From: a virus | Direction: 5' to 3' (one strand) | Length of the DNA stretch: 64,000 bases | IMG/VR virus record: IMGVR_UViG_3300018079_000011 | Coordinates: 6,102-70,101 of that record | Shown here: piece after piece, positions 19,438 to 27,260 of the stretch | Layout: the number at the start of each line of letters is the position of its first letter | Position numbering within the stretch: position 1 is the first letter of the stretch | Made by a program: the position numbers and the translations under genes | Notes under the pieces: generated by a model | What the model saw: the letters and a program-made list of their open reading frames with translations, nothing else | Database searches by the model: none | What the model was told of the DNA's origin: nothing

Positions 19438-20625
19438 GTGGGGGTAACACCGAGACGGTCGTCGATGCCCCGTGTGTGCGGGGCGCGCGACCCCGGTCAT
19501 TGCCGGAGGCGCGTCTTTTTGGGTGAAGTTGACCGGGACCTGGTCGAAGCGATCGCGGCTCGCCTGCAGCAAGGCCGGCCATCGCCGCTCATGTCGGCGC
19601 TGTGGGACGGATTCTGGGGTGCCATAGGTGCCCAGCATCGATCGAGTCGCGACACCAAGGGGCAATGGGCGCGGCTGTGTCTGTTCAAGTTGCCGGATGG
19701 CCGAAACCTCGCCGAACTTCATGCGAGCGAGGTGAGCGTCGACTTCGTCCTGGCCTACCGGGATTGGCGACTCAGGCAGATCACCAGACGAGACAAAGCG
19801 CCAAGCCCTGCGACCGTGAACCGCGAGACCGATCGGCTGCGCGCCGTTCTGAACTGGGCCGCGAAGCACCGGCTCATCGATCGCAACCCTATGAGCGCGG
19901 TGACGGCGCTCCCTGAGGACAACGTCAAGCAGACCAAGATCAGAAGCGAGGCCGAGTTCGAGCAACTGCTGCGCGCGTGCGACGAGGTACACCCGCTGCT
20001 GCGCCCGCTCTGCCTGGCCTACATGGACGCTGGCTTGCGACGACTCGAGGCCCAGCGACTACGCTGGGACGAACTCGAAGCGAAAGACAACGGCGGCGGA
20101 CGTGCGCGACTCGCCGGCAAGCGCACCAAGAACAAATTGCCGCGGCAGCCGCACTTGACCATACGAACGTTCGAGGCATTGATGGCGATCCCGCGAGTGA
20201 GCGAGTGGGTCTTCGCCAACGCCAGGGTGTTCGCGGGAGGGCGCAAAGGGCGCCACTACGGTCGGCCATACAGCCCGTTTCACCTTCATCGCCTGTTCCA
20301 GAAGGCTGTGCAACTCTCCGGTTTGCATGGCGTGGAAGGCGAATCGATCACGTGGCACGTGCTCCGCCACTCCTTCGCGTATCGTGCGCGACGCCTGTGG
20401 AAATGGAGCGAACTGGTCATCATGGCTCAGGGCGGATGGAAGACGCGCAAGGCGTTCGAGCGTTATGGAATCGTCGACGACGACGAGCTCAACGAAGCGA
20501 TGGTGGATGCGGAAGCGCGGATCGCTGCGGATCGAATCGCTCTCACGAGCGAGCCACGAAAACCGCCGCAAAGGATTTCGCCAGTCACCGCCACCGTCGG
20601 GATTTCGACGACGACTAGTAGGTAG
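19438..20625 (+). CDS. int: Tyrosine integrase (start uncertain)
   Basis: SPATVNRE, GLRRLE (R), TKN (K), HVLRHS (HxxR), GGW, ERY (Y). Confidence 0.9.
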   Translation: MGVTPRRSSMPRVCGARDPGHCRRRVFLGEVDRDLVEAIAARLQQGRPSPLMSALWDGFWGAIGAQHRSSRDTKGQWARLCLFKLPDGRNLAELHASEVSVDFVLAYRDWRLRQITRRDKAPSPATVNRETDRLRAVLNWAAKHRLIDRNPMSAVTALPEDNVKQTKIRSEAEFEQLLRACDEVHPLLRPLCLAYMDAGLRRLEAQRLRWDELEAKDNGGGRARLAGKRTKNKLPRQPHLTIRTFEALMAIPRVSEWVFANARVFAGGRKGRHYGRPYSPFHLHRLFQKAVQLSGLHGVEGESITWHVLRHSFAYRARRLWKWSELVIMAQGGWKTRKAFERYGIVDDDELNEAMVDAEARIAADRIALTSEPRKPPQRISPVTATVGISTTTSR

Positions 20626-20940
20626 GTGAATTTTCTTTCTTGACACTTGGTCACGTCCGGGCGCACAAACAGGTGGCCAGGACTTGACGATGGGAAATAA
20701 TCAATTCACCCCGTTTGCAGCTCCGCTTCCCACTCGGCGGCGGTCCTGGCAGATGACGTTCGCGTCGAGCCGCAGACGGGGCCTTTCGCGGTAGGTATCC
20801 GGCAGCCAGGAGTCCGGTCGATGTCACAGGGCGGGAGCGAACGGTTTACGAAACCTTGCACAACACGTAGAGCAGAGTCGAATGTAAGCGGTGTCGTCGC
20901 CGGTGATGACGCGGCTGACATTGTAGGCGGCGAGAAAGAG

Positions 20941-21012
20941 AGCCGGAGCGGGGGATTGAACCCCGGGCCCCCGCTTTACGAAAGCGGTGCTCTACCACTG
21001 AGCTACTCCGGC
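20941..21012 (-). tRNA. tRNA-Thr(CGT), no encoded CCA
   Basis: Cloverleaf: GCCGGAG/CTCCGGC acceptor stem, AGCTCAGTGGTAGAGC D arm, CCGCT-TTCGTAA-AGCGG anticodon arm, GGTTCAATCC T arm. Confidence 0.92.
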
Positions 21013-21031
21013 CTGGCAGATGCGGTCTGGG

Positions 21032-21060
21032 GTCTTATCCCAGTCCCGCCGCCGCCGCAA
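21032..21060 (-). promoter_or_regulatory. Sigma70-like promoter of the tRNA
   Basis: TTGCGG-N17-TAAGAC, 19 nt before the tRNA 5' end. Confidence 0.45.
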
Positions 21061-21087
21061 GGAAGACCGTTTAGTCCCTTTCGCAAC

Positions 21088-21777
21088 ATGCCGTCGCCTT
21101 CTCGCGACGGCCGTCGACGCGGGGTGGCTCCGTTCGAGATCCGCTTCTGGCGGTTCGTGGATCGCGCGAGTGGCGAAACGGCGCGCTGGCCGTGGACAGG
21201 CGGGATGAACAGCAGGGCTGGGCGCCATGGCTACGGCGTGATCCGATTGGAGAGACGCGGCCCGACTCGCTACGTCCACAGGATCTCGCTGGAGATGAAG
21301 CTCCGGCGCGCCCTCCTGCCCGGGGAGCACGCCCTGCACTCCTGCGACAACCCGCCATGCGTGAATCCGGCGCATCTTTTCCCGGGAACACCCGCTGACA
21401 ACGCCGCCGACGCAGCCGCCAAGCGGAGGACTGATATCGACCACGATGACGCCGTTGTGCTTGGCGTTCTTCGGCGGGTTGCTGCGGGGGAAAAGTTCGT
21501 CGACATCAGGGCGGCCACGGGGCTTCCCCACAGCACGATCACGTCGTTTTTGTCGGGGAAGTGCCGCAAGGATCTATTGGCCGCGGTCTTTCCCGACGGC
21601 TACAAGGGGCGTGACTACAGCGCCGCGCAGGCCAATGCGATCTGCTGGCTGTGTCGTCGGCCTCGGCGAGAACACGCGTCACAGCCCTGCCCACTGGCGA
21701 TGACGTCGCGGGAAAAACAGCGACGCCACCGCGCAAAGACTCGCGCTCTCGCGGCGGCAAATGAGGTCACCCAATGA
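21088..21777 (+). CDS. HNH homing endonuclease
   Basis: [34 protein letters not shown]. Confidence 0.88.
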   Translation: MPSPSRDGRRRGVAPFEIRFWRFVDRASGETARWPWTGGMNSRAGRHGYGVIRLERRGPTRYVHRISLEMKLRRALLPGEHALHSCDNPPCVNPAHLFPGTPADNAADAAAKRRTDIDHDDAVVLGVLRRVAAGEKFVDIRAATGLPHSTITSFLSGKCRKDLLAAVFPDGYKGRDYSAAQANAICWLCRRPRREHASQPCPLAMTSREKQRRHRAKTRALAAANEVTQ

Positions 21778-21967
21778 CCGCTCTCGACCCCCTCGACACC
21801 CAGCACATCTGGCGCCAGTACTGGCACCTCCGCGAACTCCAACTCGGCCACTCCGTCGAGGCGCTCATGCACCGCGGGTTCGTCGCCCGCGGGGTTGAGT
21901 GGGCACTGCGCGGCCATGACGTCGCGGCCTTCAAGATTTTGGACAGCCAGCGCCGGGTGGTGTCGCC

Positions 21968-22534
21968 GTGACCCCCGCCGTCGCCGAGTCCCCTCGCCGC
22001 CCGGCCCCGAATCCCCTCGTCACCCGCAACCTCGCACTCGTCACGGCGATCGCCTCCCGCCTCAAACGCACCACCCTCACCGGCGCCGATCTCGACGACC
22101 TGATCGGTTACGGAACAATCGGCCTCGTCGAGGCCGCCCGCCGCTTCGACCCCGCCCGCGGGCTGGCCTTTTCGACCTACGCCTACCCGCGCATCGCCGG
22201 CGCCATGCTGGACGGCGCCCGGCTGTCCATGGGCGGGAAGCGCGGCGGTCACCTCGACGTCGCCAGCGTCGAGCCCGAGTGCCTGGATGCCGCTGTCGAC
22301 CCCGCCGAACGCCCCGACGCCATCGCCGAGCGCTGCGAGGTGGCCCGGGCCGTGCGCGCCGCGATCGCGACCCTGCTCGAGCGCGAGCGGTCGATCGTCG
22401 AGTCGGTCGACCTCGCTGGCCGGACGCTCGAGGACGCTGGCCGCGACTGGGGGATCTCGAAGCCGCGCGCGTGCGTGATTCGCAACGAGGCGCTGGCGGT
22501 GCTGCGGGCGCGGCTCGGGAGCGTGGGATTTTGA
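21968..22534 (+). CDS. Sigma-70 family sigma factor (FliA/WhiG-like, regions 2 and 4)
   Basis: DDLIGYGTIGLVEAARRFDPARGLAFSTYAYPRIAGAMLD; C-terminal HTH. Confidence 0.88.
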   Translation: MTPAVAESPRRPAPNPLVTRNLALVTAIASRLKRTTLTGADLDDLIGYGTIGLVEAARRFDPARGLAFSTYAYPRIAGAMLDGARLSMGGKRGGHLDVASVEPECLDAAVDPAERPDAIAERCEVARAVRAAIATLLERERSIVESVDLAGRTLEDAGRDWGISKPRACVIRNEALAVLRARLGSVGF

Positions 22535-22778
22535 TCGTCCACGTCAGCGCCGAGCACATCCGCCGCGGGGTTCCCGGCAGCCGGTGCAACTGCCCCATAG
22601 CACTGGCGATGATCGCGGCGGGCATTGAAGCACCCGACGTCAACCCGATCAGCATCTCGGGCTTTTACGGACGCAGCCGCTTCCGTGTGCCGACGCCCGC
22701 TTCACTGCGCGAGTTAATGGCGACGACCGACTGCGGTGGCGCACCGGATCCCGTGGCGTTCAACTTGCCCTTCGAGGC

Positions 22779-22880
22779 TTGGCCGACATGTATGGCGTAA
22801 AAAAGGCCGCCATCAAGGAAATCGTTCAGGGCCGCAACTGGAAATACCCAGAGGCGTTCCCGGGATGGCCGCAACCATGA
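22779..22880 (+). pseudogene. Relic C-terminal HTH of an HNH endonuclease
   Basis: LADMYGVKKAAIKEIVQGRNWK...; its stop overlaps the next ATG. Confidence 0.45.
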
Positions 22881-23198
22881 AACGCCAGCGCGCAGGATTC
22901 CCGATGCCGTGCGGGAAGCCGTCGCCGGTCTTCCACGCTTTCGACGACGGCGACGAGCCCACGCAGCCAGACTTCGTCGCGCGCCTCAAGGTCCCGCCGG
23001 AGTGGTGGGCTGAACTCGACGCCGAACTCTACCAGCACGGCGGCGGGGCGATTGGAGGCAAGCGATGAGGTGGCACTTTGATCCGGTCCTCGCGTACACG
23101 CACCGCTCGTCGGGAATGCGATTATTCGCCGCTCGTCGCGGCCTGTGGGTTCGCCGTGACCGGGTCGATTACGTGAATTCTGCGCGAGGGGAGATCTC

Positions 23199-23810
23199 GT
23201 GACCGCGGCGGCGGAGATGGCCAACGAGGCGGCGGGGAGGGAATTCCCCGTGCTCTTCATGCCGGGCATGGTTCGCGCCATCCTCAACGTTCTCCCCGGC
23301 TCGTGGCCCGCGCAGCCAGTCGACCCGTCGAAGCCGTGGAAGTGGCAAACCCGCAGACTGGGCGCGCAGTGGACGAAGCGCCGGCCGGGAGACCGACTTT
23401 GGGTCAAAGAGACCTGGTGCGTTGGCGCTGGCTACGATGGTTTTCCCCCGTCGGAGTTGCCAGCCAATCTGCGAGGCATTTGCCTGCACTACCTCGCCGA
23501 CGGGGAGAAACCGTCGTGGGCCGGTAAGACGCGCGTCTCGATTCACATGGTCCGCCGCGCTTCGCGATTGCTCGTCGAAGTGATGGCGGTCCGCAGAGAG
23601 CCGGTCTCGCAGATTTCCGAGGAAGACGGGCGCGCGGAAGGATTCCGACTGCGCCCGTGCCTGATCAACGGCGAGCGCGGGCAGATCATGGACTTCATGG
23701 ACTTCACCGCACGCGGCGGCTTCTGCCGAGCGTGGTGCGGGATGCATGGCAACGACTCGTGGACACGCGAGGACACTGTGGCCGTCATCAGCTTTAAACG
23801 GATCACCTGA
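23199..23810 (+). CDS. Conserved phage protein (ASCH/PUA-like)
   Basis: MVRAIL, QTRR, PGDRLWVKETW, SIHM.R.ASR, ISEED..AEG. Confidence 0.7.
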   Translation: MTAAAEMANEAAGREFPVLFMPGMVRAILNVLPGSWPAQPVDPSKPWKWQTRRLGAQWTKRRPGDRLWVKETWCVGAGYDGFPPSELPANLRGICLHYLADGEKPSWAGKTRVSIHMVRRASRLLVEVMAVRREPVSQISEEDGRAEGFRLRPCLINGERGQIMDFMDFTARGGFCRAWCGMHGNDSWTREDTVAVISFKRIT

Positions 23811-23831
23811 ACAACCATCGAAAGGATCGCA

Positions 23832-24245
23832 ATGAAAACCGACCAGCCACCCGAAACCAAGGAAGAAGGGCCGCGTTCGTTCATCTCGTTTCTCGGCACC
23901 ATCGCCGACGGCGAGGCCGAGGCCGAGCTTTCGTATCAGCTCCATGAGCTCACGAAGCGCATGCAGGAGGAAGCCGTCACCCGCGGCGAGTACGTCAAGG
24001 GCAGCCTGTCTCTCAACATCAAGATGACCGTGAGCAACCTTGGCCACGCGATCATCGGATACGAGGTGGCGACCAAGCAGCCGAAGCGCAAGACCAGCGG
24101 CGCCGCGTTCTGGCTGACCAAGGGCGGCAACCTCACCGTCGATAATCCAAAGCAGCAGAAGCTCGTCCTGCGCGAGGTGAAGAGCCCGCGTGAGGCCGCC
24201 CGCGACATCACCGAGCCGAATACGGCGGAAGCGCGGGAGGTCTGA
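23832..24245 (+). CDS. YfdP-like partner of DUF2303
   Basis: KGSLSLNIK...FWLTKGGNL...NPKQ; precedes DUF2303. Confidence 0.65.
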   Translation: MKTDQPPETKEEGPRSFISFLGTIADGEAEAELSYQLHELTKRMQEEAVTRGEYVKGSLSLNIKMTVSNLGHAIIGYEVATKQPKRKTSGAAFWLTKGGNLTVDNPKQQKLVLREVKSPREAARDITEPNTAEAREV

Positions 24246-24246
24246 G

Positions 24247-25146
24247 ATGGACGACAGAGGGGTTGCAGCCGCGCTTGAGGCGGCCAAGAGATTCGGTGAG
24301 ACCGAGTCGCTGGATGTCGACAATGGCGGCCGCGCGGCGCATGTGCTGATCGTGCCTGAGGGCCGCAAAATCCACTCGATCAAGCCGCTGTTGGACGAGT
24401 ACCTGACCAAGCCAGAGCGTCGCAAAGGCACCGCGACGCTGACCACGCTGGCCAGCTTCGTCGATCACGTGAACCGCCACAAGGACGAGCACTCGGTCGT
24501 CTTCGCCCACGTGACCGAGCCCGAGGCGCAGTTGCTTGCGGTGTTCGACTACAACGAGTCCGGCGCTGCCGGCGACGAAGGCGGCGCTCGCTTCGGCCAG
24601 CACCGCGCGGTCTATGGCTGCCCATTCAGCGACGAGTGGAAGGCGTGGACGATGAAGCGCGGTGAGATGTCGCTCGCCGACTTCGCCACGTACCTCGAAG
24701 ACAGGATCATGGACGTTCTCCCGCCCGCGTCGGCCGGCGAGACGATCAAGGCGTTCGCCGATCAGCTCAGCGTCCAACTCGCATCGCCCCAGCGGCTCAT
24801 GGAGTTGTCGCGCGGCCTGACCGTCAACGTCGGGCAGAAGGTCGTCAATCACGTCAACCTGTCAACCGGCGAGGGTACGGTTTCCTTCGAGGAGCGCCAC
24901 ACGGGAGAGGGCGGCGACTCGGTCAAGGTGCCCGGGGCGTTCGCTCTCGCGATCCCGGTGTTCAAGGGCGGCGACGCGTACCAGATCCCGGTGCGACTGC
25001 GCTACCGGACGGCCGGCGGTCAGGTGACGTGGTCATTCACGCCGCAGAGGATTGACCGCGTCCGCGACCACGCGATCAACGAGGCGTGCGATGTGGTGAA
25101 GAAGGAGACGGGGCTGGCCCTGTTCTTTGGGCGGCCGGAAGCCTGA
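24247..25146 (+). CDS. DUF2303 (YfdQ-like) protein
   Basis: SFVDHVNRH, AVFDY, HRA, SDEWKAW, AIPVF, RLRYR. Confidence 0.85.
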   Translation: MDDRGVAAALEAAKRFGETESLDVDNGGRAAHVLIVPEGRKIHSIKPLLDEYLTKPERRKGTATLTTLASFVDHVNRHKDEHSVVFAHVTEPEAQLLAVFDYNESGAAGDEGGARFGQHRAVYGCPFSDEWKAWTMKRGEMSLADFATYLEDRIMDVLPPASAGETIKAFADQLSVQLASPQRLMELSRGLTVNVGQKVVNHVNLSTGEGTVSFEERHTGEGGDSVKVPGAFALAIPVFKGGDAYQIPVRLRYRTAGGQVTWSFTPQRIDRVRDHAINEACDVVKKETGLALFFGRPEA

Positions 25147-25712
25147 TGACCTTCGACCACCTCGCCGCCGTCTACGAGCGCGCCCGCCGCGAAGGCTCCA
25201 CCACGGCCGACGCGCTCCGCGAGGTGTTCGCGCTCCGATGCGGCGTCAAGCTCACCGACAAGCAACGGGACGACATCCGCCGTCGCTGCTCTGTCGGTGA
25301 GACGGTCAAGCAGCTCGCGTTCGACTTCGGCGTCACCTACGGCTACGCGCTCCGGCTGTGTCGTGGCATTCCACGGCCGCAGGTGACCGTCGAACCACCG
25401 CCGCCGCTGGCCCATCAGGTTGTGCTGGCGGCGTCGAAATGGTTCGTTCTTGCCCCCGGCGACATCTACTGGCCGCACCGACGCGGGCGCATTCCGTGGG
25501 GCAGCAAGGCGGTCACGGCACGTCGAGCGGTGGCGCTGGTACTGAGGGACGAAGGGGTGAGCTTCCCGGCGATTGCCAGAGCGCTTGGGCGGACCGACCA
25601 CACGACCGCCCTGGCGATGGTGAAGCGCGGGCTGCAAGACCTGGAGGCCATGCGAGCCGCGACGGAGATTGCGGCGACGCTGGGGCTGTCGCGGCAAGCG
25701 GAGGCGGCGTGA
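25146..25712 (+). CDS. HTH plus DnaA domain-IV-like DNA-binding protein
   Basis: ARRAVALVLR..GVSFPAIARALGRTDHTTA. Confidence 0.7.
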   Translation: MTFDHLAAVYERARREGSTTADALREVFALRCGVKLTDKQRDDIRRRCSVGETVKQLAFDFGVTYGYALRLCRGIPRPQVTVEPPPPLAHQVVLAASKWFVLAPGDIYWPHRRGRIPWGSKAVTARRAVALVLRDEGVSFPAIARALGRTDHTTALAMVKRGLQDLEAMRAATEIAATLGLSRQAEAA

Positions 25713-25914
25713 AAGCCCTCGGCAACGGCGTGAAGTGCGACCGCGAGAACGGCGATGGCCTGTCAACGTTCAACGACGGGCAACGGCAGCGCTTCTGCGA
25801 CTGCGCCGTCTGCGCGGCGTCCCGTTGGCCGCGAGCGCAGGTCATGCGGGGGGCGCTGACACAGGAGCAGCGCGAGGCGTGCCGGGATCTCATCGCACAC
25901 CTGGGAGGGTCGGC

Positions 25915-26502
25915 GTGAAGTTCGACGAGCGGTATTGCCCCGACTTGGCCGCGCCTCCTCCAATGGACATCTCCAGGATGCATCTGCGATACGCCTACCT
26001 GGACAAACGCCGCGGGCGTCTGATCGTCGCCGACGGATACATAGCCGTAGACGTGCCAGTGACAGTTGAGCGTGGCGACGTCTCTGGCCCCATCCCGATC
26101 GAGGCCGTGATTGAGGCGCGCAAAGCCGCGGCCGGTGGCACAGTGCACATTCGCGCCGGGGCCAGCGTCAAGGCTGCCGGAAAGTCGTTCAGCCGACAGC
26201 GACCGAAGGGGATGGTCAGGTATCCCGACTCAGCGGCGCGGAAGGTGGTGCCAGGTTACCGCCATGGCACGACTGACACCGTTTCGGTTTGCTTCGATGC
26301 CCAGTACCTGCACGATCTCGCCGAGGCGCTTGGGGCCGAGCACTGCCACGTGGTGCTCACTTTCCCGCGCACGGCGGGACCCATGCTCGACCCGATCACC
26401 GTAGTCGCCGGTGACCAGGTGGGATTGTCTCGCGGCGCGGCCGTTGGCGTGCTGATGCCGGTGCTTATGCGTGGCGCTCTCAAGGGAAAGGCGAAGGGCT
26501 GA
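25915..26502 (+). CDS. Beta-clamp-like protein (partial fold)
   Basis: IVADGY, RYPD, CFDAQYL, GVLMPV resemble DnaN-like phage proteins. Confidence 0.55.
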   Translation: MKFDERYCPDLAAPPPMDISRMHLRYAYLDKRRGRLIVADGYIAVDVPVTVERGDVSGPIPIEAVIEARKAAAGGTVHIRAGASVKAAGKSFSRQRPKGMVRYPDSAARKVVPGYRHGTTDTVSVCFDAQYLHDLAEALGAEHCHVVLTFPRTAGPMLDPITVVAGDQVGLSRGAAVGVLMPVLMRGALKGKAKG

Positions 26503-27062
26503 TGCTCTGGACCGAGACCGACAAGGGCGACCCGCGCTGTCGGCGCTTGGCCGATCGCCACTACACGCGCCAGACACCCGGGCACCCCATGTGGACGCGC
26601 CCCGGCTGGAACCAAGTGCTCTACACGCAGCAGCGCAATGGCCGGGCTGCGGTGTTTTGCTGGTGGCGCCCCAAGTGGGAATCCGGCATCGAGGGGACCG
26701 AGCGCAAAGACGGTCTTCGCTGCATCGAGTGCGCTATCTTCCGCAACGAGACGCGCCACCTGTCGAGCACCCTGATTCGCGATGCCGTCGCGGCTGTCCT
26801 CACGTGGGATCGCGCCGCCGACGTTGAGTGGCCCGATGGACTGATCACCGGGGTCAACGCAGCCAAGACGCGGGCAGGCCGTCACAAGACGTCGCTGCCT
26901 GGCGAGTGCTTCCGTCGCGCTGGCTGGGCCGAGTTCGCGCACCCATCGAACGGGGGGGGGCGTGCCGGGTTGTGGCTGCGATGCATGGAGGTGCCAAGTG
27001 TCGGCGTGAAGCCGCCGTACATCGGCCGCGGGCAGGAATCGCTCGCACTGGAAGCCGCGTAA
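26502..27062 (+). CDS. Mom-like (GNAT-fold) DNA modification protein
   Basis: ADRHY, RPG, CAIFRNE, SSTLI, GLIT, PGECFRRAGW. Confidence 0.55.
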   Translation: MLWTETDKGDPRCRRLADRHYTRQTPGHPMWTRPGWNQVLYTQQRNGRAAVFCWWRPKWESGIEGTERKDGLRCIECAIFRNETRHLSSTLIRDAVAAVLTWDRAADVEWPDGLITGVNAAKTRAGRHKTSLPGECFRRAGWAEFAHPSNGGGRAGLWLRCMEVPSVGVKPPYIGRGQESLALEAA

Positions 27063-27260
27063 CGCCATGACCGCGCCGCCGCTCCGCATTTCCGAAATCC
27101 CCGCCACACAGCGCGCCGCCTTGGCCTGGCGCCTTCGCAACGCCATCGCCAACGCCGACGGCAAAGGCGCTCTCGAACCGGGGCCGGGGCGGTGGCTCAC
27201 GAAACACACGGCGTTGAGGGGGCATGTGCTGATGCTGATCTCTGAGATGGAGGTGGGGGA

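Noticed and set aside
20941-21012. tRNA as a boundary between two different prophages
   Set aside because: The left and right modules are complementary and share the late motif, which fits one genome.
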